This document shows positions 1 to 8,711 of a stretch of DNA of 18,752 nucleotides, piece after piece. The DNA is from Fidelibacterota bacterium (GTDB taxonomy: Bacteria; Fidelibacterota; Marinisomatia; Marinisomatales; TCS55), in assembly GCA_027251445.1 (NCBI GenBank), contig JAPNQO010000040.1, positions 1 through 18,752 of the forward strand. Reading direction: 5' to 3'. The position numbers were made by a program, and so were the translations under genes. Within the stretch, counting starts at the first letter, position 1. The number at the start of each line of letters is the position of its first letter. The notes under the pieces are model-generated. The model saw only the letters and a program-made list of their open reading frames with translations. It was not told the origin of the DNA and made no database searches.

Positions 1-189
1 CTTCTAACTAAAGCTGTGCAAGAGCAACAAGAAGAAATCGATAGTCAACAGAAAGAAATCGATGCATTAAAATCACAATTACAAATGATTATGGATATGT
101 TGGATAACGATATGAGTGATAAAACGGATAGCAAAAAAGATAATGATAATAAAAAACCAGTAAAACTCAGTATGGCAACGGAAAAATAA
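1..189 (+). CDS. 3' end of a truncated gene; resembles the C-terminal coiled coil of a peptidase S74 (intramolecular chaperone / tail-fibre) domain protein
   Basis: Frame 1 is open from base 1 to TAA 187-189: LLTKAVQEQQEEIDSQQKEIDALKSQLQ...EK. 'L.KAVQEQQ..I' is typical of the end of S74 domains. Not in the ORF track. Confidence 0.6.
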   Translation, partial: LLTKAVQEQQEEIDSQQKEIDALKSQLQMIMDMLDNDMSDKTDSKKDNDNKKPVKLSMATEK

Positions 190-201
190 CTGGATTAACG
201 T

Positions 202-2076
202 ATGAATAACGCTATGTATAGAATTATTCCAGTATTTCTGCTGTTTACGCAGATGATAATTGGACAAGATTACCAGATGCGTATGTCTGGGTTTAGTTCT
301 ATGTCCAACAATTCCACCTATTCGGAAGGATGGTGGGATGATGGTATTCAAATCAAGGGATCATTGGGCGCTCCTGTCATTTCTCAGAGTACGGGAGCAG
401 GCGTAGGTCTGACATCTGGTTTTTGGGTAGTGACACAAGGTTTCTACACCCAGCCACCTAGTGTAGAACAGTTTATCATAATGGATGATGAATTGAATGT
501 GGGAGAAGGTGTAAATCTGAAGGCTCAGTTTTCGGATTTTAATGGAATTCTAAGTGCAAGGATTTATGTGGATATCGGCGGGGAGGATAGTGTTATATCC
601 TTTCCAATGGAACGAAGTGATTCCAGCTTTACTGCATTTATTCCTGATTCACTGGTTAAGATTCAGAATTTTATTGTAAGCGCTGAAGTGGTAGATAGTC
701 TAAGCTATGCTGCAAGAAGCAGTTATTTAACTGCACCAGTGCGTTTTGGTGCTGATGACCCAACTTCTCGTGTAGATGATAGTGCCTATCCGTTAGGTGT
801 GCCTGAAGAGAAATGGCGGTTAGTTTCTTTTCCTGGTGAATTAGAGAATGGAACACTAACCAGTAAAGGGTTAAGTGAAAAACACATTTTTTATTCCAGA
901 GATTGGGAAAGTAATGAGTGGTTTGTTCCGGATACATTGTATTTAGGTGAAGCATATTGGTTTAAACATATGTATGACAAAGACATTGATTTTACACCAG
1001 GTGCCGGTATTTCATTACCATTAGAAGCATATGATATGGAATTATTCCCAGGTTGGAATTTTATTGGTAATCCATTTTTTGTTAGTGTACCTATTACTTT
1101 AGATCAAGGTGACTTTTATGGGCCTATTTCCTATGGAATGAATGATAAAAATGGTTGGAGCGAAGTAGTTTCCGATATGCAACCTTGGGGTGGATATTTA
1201 ATATATAATTATACGGATAGTCTCCAGACTATAGAATTAAATCCATCATCATTAGTTGAAGCGAATTCTGATTCAATGACTTTAAATCAGGGTCGTCAAA
1301 TATCAAAACTGCCTCCTCGTGTTGCGATGAACTCATGGCGTTTACGTATTAGCGCAGATTCAGAGCATTATTTTGATCATAATAATTATATAGGTCGCGA
1401 TTTTCGTTCCGAAGAAGGGTTGGATCGTGGAGATATTTATGAACCACCCATGATTGACGGCCATCTTACTGTAGGATTATCACCGGAATCAGATGGGGGA
1501 TACTATCATACAACAGATATTCGCTCAATCAATGAAACAAATGGTGTATGGGATCTACGTATTTTAGCAGGTAAAAAAGATGGTCCGGTGAATGTACAGT
1601 TTCATTCTGTAAAGGAAACTCCTGAAAATATTATTGTTGCCCTTGTGGATCTTCAAAATAGAACTGCTTATCGTGAAATTATGGAAACAGGTATTATCAT
1701 TTCGGAAAAATCAACCGTTGGTTATGATATGAAAGTAGTTATCGGCCAATCTGATTTTGTAGAGAATGAAATTCAACGTATTCTTGATGGTATGCCAACT
1801 CAGTATGCTCTAGGCTATAACTATCCAAACCCGTTTAATGCCAATACGCGCCTGGATTATTCATTACCAGTTCGTTCCCATGTAAGTATTCGACTATATA
1901 ATATGTTGGGTCAAGAAGTAGCCGTATTGGTAAATGAAGAACAATCGTATGGTAACCGTTACATAATATGGGATGGTTTAAATAATCAAGGTAATGCAGT
2001 AGCTTCTGGTGTATATCTTGCGGAGTTTAGAGCAGGTAGTTTTCTTGCAACACGTAAAATGATTTTGATGAAATAA
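202..2076 (+). CDS. Secreted protein with C-terminal T9SS-A/FlgD-Ig-like sorting domain
   Basis: 624 aa. Signal-like N-terminus (alternative start 214, MYRIIPVFLLFTQMIIGQ). C-terminus NYPNPFNA...IRLYNMLGQEV...WDGLNNQGNAVASGVY...KMILMK. Confidence 0.85.
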   Translation: MNNAMYRIIPVFLLFTQMIIGQDYQMRMSGFSSMSNNSTYSEGWWDDGIQIKGSLGAPVISQSTGAGVGLTSGFWVVTQGFYTQPPSVEQFIIMDDELNVGEGVNLKAQFSDFNGILSARIYVDIGGEDSVISFPMERSDSSFTAFIPDSLVKIQNFIVSAEVVDSLSYAARSSYLTAPVRFGADDPTSRVDDSAYPLGVPEEKWRLVSFPGELENGTLTSKGLSEKHIFYSRDWESNEWFVPDTLYLGEAYWFKHMYDKDIDFTPGAGISLPLEAYDMELFPGWNFIGNPFFVSVPITLDQGDFYGPISYGMNDKNGWSEVVSDMQPWGGYLIYNYTDSLQTIELNPSSLVEANSDSMTLNQGRQISKLPPRVAMNSWRLRISADSEHYFDHNNYIGRDFRSEEGLDRGDIYEPPMIDGHLTVGLSPESDGGYYHTTDIRSINETNGVWDLRILAGKKDGPVNVQFHSVKETPENIIVALVDLQNRTAYREIMETGIIISEKSTVGYDMKVVIGQSDFVENEIQRILDGMPTQYALGYNYPNPFNANTRLDYSLPVRSHVSIRLYNMLGQEVAVLVNEEQSYGNRYIIWDGLNNQGNAVASGVYLAEFRAGSFLATRKMILMK

Positions 2077-2197
2077 TTTTTATTTCAAATATTTTCTAAT
2101 TCGATAACAGATTTAATATTCAAATCCCATTGTTTTTATCCAGCATAATTATAAATTCCCGAGCTTTTTTTCAATATACATAGTAATATAGTATATT

Positions 2198-2270
2198 GGG
2201 GCCGTAGCTCAGTTGGGAGAGCGCCTGAATGGCATTCAGGAGGTCGTCGGTTCGATCCCGTCCGGCTCCA
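2198..2270 (+). tRNA. tRNA-Ala (GGC)
   Basis: Acceptor stem GGGGCCG/CGGCTCC with discriminator A and G3:U70, D arm GCTC/GAGC, anticodon arm CCTGA-ATGGCAT-TCAGG, T loop TTCGATC. CCA not encoded. Confidence 0.97.
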
Positions 2271-2283
2271 CATGTTAATTGTT

Positions 2284-3981
2284 ATGATGAAATTAAAAAA
2301 ACATATTTTCTTAATATTAATTGGTTTGTTTGTATTTACAAGCTGTTCATCCACGCGACAGATTATGTCGGGCTATCGTCGCGCTATGGATATACCGGAG
2401 TCAGCAGAGCCGTATCCAGAACCCACTGCTCGTTCATTATTACTTGGAAAGCTTACACCTCCACGTACGTGTTATGATGTAACCTTTTATGATATGAATA
2501 TTGATATTGATATCAATAGTAGGAAAATCGCAGGATATGTGGATTTTCATTCTAAGGCAATGGATAACTTTGTAAAGCTACAATTTGATTTAGCAAAAAA
2601 TATGACTGTCGATGAAGTGAATTACAAAGGAAAAAGTCTGCCATTTACGAGAGAAGAGGATGCTGTATTTGTTACCTTTCCTCAAATCAAAAAGAATGAT
2701 TCATTTCAATTTCGTGTAACATATCATGGACAACCTGTGGAAGCTAAACAACCACCTTGGGATGGCGGTTTTGTATGGAAAACAGATAAAGCTGGAAGAG
2801 ATTTCATCGGAGTCGCATGTGAAGGAGATGGCGCAAGTCTATGGTGGCCTAATAAAGATCATCCTACGGAAGAGCCTGATAGTATGGCAATCAATATAAC
2901 GGTTCCAAGTAATATCATGTGCGTAGCAAATGGTAGATTACGAGAAACAATAAAAACAGATGTGAAAACGACCTATAAGTGGTTTGTGTCAAATCCAATA
3001 AACAATTATAACGTATCCGTTAATATTGCTAATTATGCAGTTATTAATGATACAATACATTCTATTACAGGTATACAGCCTGCTCAATACTACGTATTAG
3101 ATTATAATGAAGATGTAGCAAGAGAACATTTTAAAGAAGCTCGAGATATGATGCGTTCATTAGAGAAATTTTTTGGACCATTTCCATGGTGGGACGATGG
3201 ATACAAATTAGTTGAAACACCCTATTTAGGAATGGAACATCAATCTGCAATTGCATATGGGAATGATTTTAAAACTTACGATAGTGGAGTACGTAGCATT
3301 TATGGGCATATAGATTATATTACACTTCATGAAACAGCTCACGAATGGTGGGGAAATAATATAACTGCTTGTGATGGAGCAGATGTGTGGTTACATGAAG
3401 GTTTTGGCATGTATACTGAGGTGTTATATGTCGAGGACAGATTAGGGTATCCAATGAGTGTCCATTATTTACTTGAAAAAAGAAAAGGAATAGCTAATCG
3501 TCGTGCCATCGTTGGGCCAAGAGATGAATATTATTGGGGTTTTGAAGATTCATACAATAAAGGAGCTTGGATTCTACACACATTACGCAATGTGTTAGAT
3601 GATGATGAAATGTTCTTTGGAATTCTTTATGGTTTTCAACAAGAGTTTGCATCTCAAATTGTTTGTACTGAGGATCTTGTTGAATATATAAATAGTGTAT
3701 CAGGACAAGATTTTAATGCTTTTTTTAATCAATATATATTTGATAGAAGACCACCTGTTTTAGAATTCAATATTACGGATAATAAGTTGTTTTATCGATA
3801 CAATGGAATTGTAGATGGTTTTACGATGCCAATTAATGTATTAGTTAATAAAGAAGAAATACGTTTACAGCCTACTACAACTACTCAAGAGTTAAATATT
3901 CCTGATTATGCAACGGTTCAAATAATGGATTGGGAGTATCTAATATTGAAAAAAGAAAATAATATGTTAAAAATTAATTAA
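2284..3981 (+). CDS. M1 family zinc aminopeptidase, probable lipoprotein
   Basis: GMEH (GAMEN-like), HETAHEWW-x-E (WLHEG) and YNKGA motifs; lipobox FTSC. Start moved from 2272, which abuts the tRNA, to ATG 2284 or 2287. Confidence 0.93.
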   Translation: MMKLKKHIFLILIGLFVFTSCSSTRQIMSGYRRAMDIPESAEPYPEPTARSLLLGKLTPPRTCYDVTFYDMNIDIDINSRKIAGYVDFHSKAMDNFVKLQFDLAKNMTVDEVNYKGKSLPFTREEDAVFVTFPQIKKNDSFQFRVTYHGQPVEAKQPPWDGGFVWKTDKAGRDFIGVACEGDGASLWWPNKDHPTEEPDSMAINITVPSNIMCVANGRLRETIKTDVKTTYKWFVSNPINNYNVSVNIANYAVINDTIHSITGIQPAQYYVLDYNEDVAREHFKEARDMMRSLEKFFGPFPWWDDGYKLVETPYLGMEHQSAIAYGNDFKTYDSGVRSIYGHIDYITLHETAHEWWGNNITACDGADVWLHEGFGMYTEVLYVEDRLGYPMSVHYLLEKRKGIANRRAIVGPRDEYYWGFEDSYNKGAWILHTLRNVLDDDEMFFGILYGFQQEFASQIVCTEDLVEYINSVSGQDFNAFFNQYIFDRRPPVLEFNITDNKLFYRYNGIVDGFTMPINVLVNKEEIRLQPTTTTQELNIPDYATVQIMDWEYLILKKENNMLKIN

Positions 3982-4004
3982 TTGGTATTTAGGAAATACC
4001 AATT
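3980..4004. other. 11-bp perfect inverted repeat between the peptidase and the Pycsar-effector-like gene (hairpin or operator)
   Basis: AATTGGTATTT-AGG-AAATACCAATT; no clear U-tract follows. Confidence 0.45.
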
Positions 4005-4047
4005 GAATTAAATAAGTTTAAAGAATGTGTAATTTTAGGAAGTATTT

Positions 4048-4584
4048 ATGAGAGAAGATCATTATTTATCATTATTTAAAGTTTTAGATAGTGAACAGCA
4101 AATTATAACAAGAACAGATCAAAAAGCATTTACCATGCTTTCATTGATGGGTGTATTTATGGTTTTCTTTTTAGTTCACTTTCCTAAAATACAAATAAAC
4201 TGGTTTAATTTTATTATGCTGATACTTTATCTAACCACGGCATTAATGGCGCTGATTCAATTAATTATGGTGATAAACCCAAGAATTAAGCGAAGAGAGA
4301 GACAGGATGATTTACCAGAGATAAACCCTACTTATTTTAAAGGTATTGTAAGTTTTGAAACTGCCTCAAAATATGGGAAATATTTACGAAAAATTATGGA
4401 TGACGAAACTAGATCTTATACGATGTTTGCGAATCAAGTGTATTCAGTGGCTTCTATTAACGATTACAAACACGGTCATATGCAAAAAGCAATACGATTT
4501 TTTGCCGTAGCCATTATATCAGAATTATTAATTGTAATGTCAGTAGCTTATACAAGATCTTTACCTTTTCTATTTGGTGGATAA
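4048..4584 (+). CDS. Pycsar effector (PycTM/DUF5706)-like membrane protein
   Basis: 178 aa with three hydrophobic segments. RTDQKA precedes TM1, PR follows TM2, then YFKGI and NQVYSVASINDYKH-x-KAI before TM3, the layout I recognise for DUF5706. Confidence 0.72.
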   Translation: MREDHYLSLFKVLDSEQQIITRTDQKAFTMLSLMGVFMVFFLVHFPKIQINWFNFIMLILYLTTALMALIQLIMVINPRIKRRERQDDLPEINPTYFKGIVSFETASKYGKYLRKIMDDETRSYTMFANQVYSVASINDYKHGHMQKAIRFFAVAIISELLIVMSVAYTRSLPFLFGG

Positions 4585-5135
4585 TGAAATATTTTACAAT
4601 TTTATTTAGTTTATTGATTGTGGTGGTTGGATGTGCTCCAAAAGTTGTACCTGGCCCAGAAGGAGCTCAGGGTCCTGTTGGTCCAAAAGGTGAACAAGGT
4701 CCTGAAGGAAATAAAGGTGAAAAAGGTTTGCAAGGTCCTCCTGGACCAAAAGGGGAGCCAGGTAAATCCGTTAGTGCAGAAGTACTTAATAATTTAAAAC
4801 AAAAATTAGATTTGCTTGACTCTTCAATGGATAATAAAGAATCGATATGTGCATTAATATCATATAAGGAAGGTATTGCACCTCCTGTGCTTGGTTTTGC
4901 TGCGTTAACAACAAGTGGAAAAATATTGTTTATGAAAAATCCGAGCCCAATCACAATTGGTGATAAATTCGAATTTCAAGCTCAGATAGCTGATCGGAAG
5001 GATTTTGTTGCATTAAATGTTCTTGAAGGTACTGAAGGTGAAAAAACATTTTATGTTGCCATTACAGCAGATGGACACCACTATTATTCAGAAGATCTAA
5101 AAAAGTGGAATCCACAGGGACAAAGTACTTTTTAA
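4584..5135 (+). CDS. Lipoprotein with short collagen (Gly-X-Y) repeat
   Basis: Lipobox VVGC; about 13 GXY triplets (GPEGAQGPVGPKGEQ...GEPGKS); TAATG overlap with the upstream gene. Confidence 0.85.
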   Translation: MKYFTILFSLLIVVVGCAPKVVPGPEGAQGPVGPKGEQGPEGNKGEKGLQGPPGPKGEPGKSVSAEVLNNLKQKLDLLDSSMDNKESICALISYKEGIAPPVLGFAALTTSGKILFMKNPSPITIGDKFEFQAQIADRKDFVALNVLEGTEGEKTFYVAITADGHHYYSEDLKKWNPQGQSTF

Positions 5136-5160
5136 AAACTTTTTATATTGATAATTATGT

Positions 5161-5196
5161 AAAGGCCTTGAATCACTAGATTTGGGCCTTTTTTTG
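5161..5196 (+). terminator. Rho-independent terminator
   Basis: AAAGGCCTTGAATC-ACTA-GATTTGGGCCTTT followed by a T-tract. Confidence 0.7.
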
Positions 5197-5212
5197 TTTT
5201 AGTATATACCAT

Positions 5213-6925
5213 ATGATTACCTGCTTTATTAGTTTATTATTATGTATTGGTTTTCTTAATGCATCTGATCCTATTGTGATTGATGGTCTTTGGAATGATT
5301 GGGATTCAGTATCTATTGCTGTTACAGATGAAGAAGGTGACTATAATGGAGATGATTGGGCAGAATTAAAAATATCTAATGATAATGAATTTCTATTTTT
5401 AAAAATTTTACTATATAGTGAAGAAACCTTACTGCAAAATTGGAATAATTTTCATTTATACATTGATGCAGACTTTGATTCATCAACAGGTCATCCATTT
5501 CGGGGTATAGGTGCTGAGTTAGAGTGGCATTTTGGTGAACGTGCAGGACAATATTTTGAACAGGATGGTATAATTGATTTATGGCAGAATGATATTACTG
5601 TTAGACAAGCTCCAACTGTCACAAGCAATGAATTTGAAATTGCTCTTGCACTTGATTCTTTTGTTTTAAATAATCCTGATTCTATTGCAATTATTTTAAG
5701 TAGTGAAAATGACTATGGTGATTTTATGCCAGATAATTATGGAGGGTATATATATCAAATTGATTCTAATGAAGTAGAAGAATTAGAACCCATTTCATTA
5801 GAGAAGACAGGGATTAGGTTAGTGTCATATAATACTTTATGGACAGGAATTTTAGAACAGGATAGGCAGCCCAATTTTCAGAGGATTTTTCAAGCTTTGG
5901 ATCCTGACATAATTGCCTTACAAGAACATACAGAATGGGATGAAATTGGTAATATTGTTTCAAGTTGGTTCCCAAATGATACATGGTATCAGGGATACAC
6001 TTTTCGCGATTTAGTTATATTAAGCAAATACCCTATATTAGAAGAGGCTAATCTGATCAGCTCTGAACGGTCAATGTGTTCATTGTTAGAAATTGATAAT
6101 CCCAATTACCCATATATATTAATTATAAATTCTCATTTTTCTTGTTGCGCCAATGATGATGATCGACAAAATCAGGTTGATGAATTAGTTCAAGTTCTGC
6201 GGGAATGGATTTTAAATGGTGATGGGCCTTTTGATTTACCAGACAATACACCAATCTTTCACGTTGGTGATTTTAATTTTGTTGGTTACCATCAACAAAT
6301 TAAGACGGTTACTCTTGGAGATATTTATGATGAATCAACCTATGGTAGCGACTTTTCCTTGGATTGGGATGGTACTTCGGCTACAGATCTTTTTTCAAGA
6401 CATACGCATAAAAGAATGGGTTATACATGGCGAAATGACGGGAGTTCTTATAATCCAGGGAAATTAGACTATATAATATATACGGATAGCAATATATCTA
6501 TTTCAAAGCATTTTGTACTAAATACTTTACCTATGCCGAATGATTTATTGATAGAATGGGGTCTAGAAGTAGATGATACATATGAAGCTTCGGATCATTT
6601 GCCAAGAATAGTTGATTTTTCATTTAATGATCTTGGAGTTTCTAACGATATCGATACACCCAGAAGTTTTTCTTTAAAGAACCCATATCCAAACCCTTTT
6701 AATCCACGAGTAAATATTCCAATATATTTGGAAAATAAATCGCATATAAAGTTGAATATATATGATATATATGGGAAATTAGTGGTTTCATTGGCAGATG
6801 GTGTATTTCTAGCTGGAAATACGGTATTGCGTTGGGATGGAACCGCATATGCAAATGGCATATATTTTGTTCACCTACAAGGAAATAATGAATTACAAAC
6901 TCAGAAAATTATTTTATTAAAATAA
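5213..6925 (+). CDS. Secreted endonuclease/exonuclease/phosphatase (EEP) family protein with T9SS-A-like CTD
   Basis: VSYN, DIIALQE, GDFN, LDYI and SDHLP EEP motifs; signal peptide; N-terminal IDG..DW/YIDAD domain; C-terminal PYPNPFNP...NGIYFV...KIILLK. Confidence 0.9.
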   Translation: MITCFISLLLCIGFLNASDPIVIDGLWNDWDSVSIAVTDEEGDYNGDDWAELKISNDNEFLFLKILLYSEETLLQNWNNFHLYIDADFDSSTGHPFRGIGAELEWHFGERAGQYFEQDGIIDLWQNDITVRQAPTVTSNEFEIALALDSFVLNNPDSIAIILSSENDYGDFMPDNYGGYIYQIDSNEVEELEPISLEKTGIRLVSYNTLWTGILEQDRQPNFQRIFQALDPDIIALQEHTEWDEIGNIVSSWFPNDTWYQGYTFRDLVILSKYPILEEANLISSERSMCSLLEIDNPNYPYILIINSHFSCCANDDDRQNQVDELVQVLREWILNGDGPFDLPDNTPIFHVGDFNFVGYHQQIKTVTLGDIYDESTYGSDFSLDWDGTSATDLFSRHTHKRMGYTWRNDGSSYNPGKLDYIIYTDSNISISKHFVLNTLPMPNDLLIEWGLEVDDTYEASDHLPRIVDFSFNDLGVSNDIDTPRSFSLKNPYPNPFNPRVNIPIYLENKSHIKLNIYDIYGKLVVSLADGVFLAGNTVLRWDGTAYANGIYFVHLQGNNELQTQKIILLK

Positions 6926-6944
6926 AATCTGAATAGGAGGCTGT

Positions 6945-7274
6945 ATTACTAAAGACAAAAATTCTTCTATTGTTTATTCAACCAATCCAAATTTTCAAAA
7001 AGATGAGAATGGTGAAGTAGGCGTAGATAATGATGATATACAGGATTTGAGAATACATTTGATTAGAAAAGGTGGTGGCAAAATTGTAACGGTTGTAAGA
7101 GGTTATAATGGAAATAAAGAAGGTTTAAAAAGTTTAGGTAAATATTTACAATCATCATGCAGTACTGGAGGAACTTTTAAGCAAAATGAAATATCATTAC
7201 AAGGAGACTTTCGAGAAAAAGTAAAAAATCTTCTTATGAAAAAAGGATACAAGTCAAAATTTAGCGGGGGATAA
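6945..7274 (+). CDS. yciH: SUI1/eIF1-like translation factor YciH, probable non-canonical AUU start
   Basis: RKGGGKIVTVV...LGKYLQSSCSTGGT...ISLQGDFR...SGG. The frame extends upstream through IVYSTNPNF to ATT 6945, behind AGGAGG (6935-6940), giving 109 aa. Confidence 0.85.
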   Translation: MTKDKNSSIVYSTNPNFQKDENGEVGVDNDDIQDLRIHLIRKGGGKIVTVVRGYNGNKEGLKSLGKYLQSSCSTGGTFKQNEISLQGDFREKVKNLLMKKGYKSKFSGG

Positions 7275-8641
7275 TGCTATATCATTTACTGAGACCAATT
7301 GCTATAACAGGAATTAATTTATTTTATAATTCTATCTCAGTAGAACATCAAGAGAGGATACCAAAAAAAGGTCCAGTAATATTTGCTGCAAATCATCCTA
7401 ATACAATGATGGATCCCCTTATTGTAGCCGCAAGCTGTGGACGTCGGGTATCTTTTTTAGCTCGAAGCACACTTTTTTTTAATTCTTTTACATCTTGGAT
7501 TATGCGAATAGTTGGAATTATTCCGGTTTATAGAAAAATCGATGCTGAAGATGATATGCAAAAGAATAAAGACATGTTTATTGCAACATATCATCACTTA
7601 GAACGAAACCATGGATTATTAATCTTCCCAGAAGGAATTTCAACTCCTGAACGTATTATTCATAAAATTAAAACAGGAGCAGCAAGGATTGGGCTAGGCG
7701 CTGAAGATAAAAACGATTTTTTATTAAATGTTCAAATTATTCCTGCAGGTATTAATTATTCCGCAAGTACAAAATTTCGTAGTGATGTGCACTGCAAATT
7801 TGGTCGACCTATAAAATTAATAGATTTTAAAGAAAAATATCAAAAAGATAATTGGCTTGCGGTTGAAGAAGTAACCAATCAACTTCGTGAAGCATTAGAA
7901 AAGTTAACAACAACAGTATCAGATCAAGCTGATGAGAATATTGTAAAATCATTAGAAACAATATATAAAAAGGAACTTACTGTAGATCTTGGTATGGATA
8001 AAAAGTCTAAGAGTGATGATTTTAAAATATCAAAAGGTATTATCCGAGCCTTGGAGTGGTTCAGTAAAAATAAACCTAAATGGACACTTGAAATGAAAAG
8101 TTCTATCTTACAGTATATTAATATGTTAGATAAATTAAATATTCGCGATGAATTCTTATCAACAAGTCAATCAAAGGTGACTATTTATCGACGAATTCAA
8201 TCTTGGTTATTTCTTATAATTGGATTTCCATTATTTGTTTATGGTTTCATCATTAACTATTTACCTTATAAAATATCCGGTCATATTGCAGTGTGGGTCG
8301 TTAAAGGTCATGTTGCTGATATAAGTTCAAAAAAAATGCTTATTGGTTTAGGTCTTTTTGTTTTTTGGTATTCTTTTCTAATACTTTTATTTCATTCTCT
8401 TGAGTTGGGTTCTATTTGGACAATACTCTTTTTTCTAACCTTTATTCCCACTGGAAATTTTTCTTTATACTATTTCAGAAAAGCTAAGAACTATCAACAA
8501 CACATAAGATTTTTAAAAATATTTTATCAAAAACGTATTTTATTATATCAGTTAATCGAGAAGAGATTGAGTATAATTAATGAACTAAATAAAGCAAAAG
8601 ATGATTATTTTACCCAGCTAAATAACAGTAATAATAATTAA
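7274..8641 (+). CDS. Phospholipid/glycerol acyltransferase (PlsC-like N-domain plus C-terminal TM segments)
   Basis: NHPNTMMD (HX4D), FLAR, IPVYR, FPEG, KTGAAR motifs; TAATG overlap with yciH. Confidence 0.9.
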   Translation: MLYHLLRPIAITGINLFYNSISVEHQERIPKKGPVIFAANHPNTMMDPLIVAASCGRRVSFLARSTLFFNSFTSWIMRIVGIIPVYRKIDAEDDMQKNKDMFIATYHHLERNHGLLIFPEGISTPERIIHKIKTGAARIGLGAEDKNDFLLNVQIIPAGINYSASTKFRSDVHCKFGRPIKLIDFKEKYQKDNWLAVEEVTNQLREALEKLTTTVSDQADENIVKSLETIYKKELTVDLGMDKKSKSDDFKISKGIIRALEWFSKNKPKWTLEMKSSILQYINMLDKLNIRDEFLSTSQSKVTIYRRIQSWLFLIIGFPLFVYGFIINYLPYKISGHIAVWVVKGHVADISSKKMLIGLGLFVFWYSFLILLFHSLELGSIWTILFFLTFIPTGNFSLYYFRKAKNYQQHIRFLKIFYQKRILLYQLIEKRLSIINELNKAKDDYFTQLNNSNNN

Positions 8642-8711
8642 CATTAGATAAATTTATTTACTTTGTTAGAAATATTTTTTTGATATCTATTCTATTACAT
8701 AAATTGAGACC

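Noticed and set aside
2246..2262. T:T mismatch in the tRNA-Ala T-stem as a sign of a pseudo-tRNA
   Set aside because: It is a single mismatch and all identity elements, including G3:U70, are intact.
2136..2477. ORFs 2136-2354(-) and 2229-2477(+)
   Set aside because: Shadow ORFs overlapping tRNA-Ala and the peptidase.
4652..4768. Periodic GGT/CCx sequence as a DNA tandem repeat
   Set aside because: Fully explained by collagen Gly-X-Y codons.
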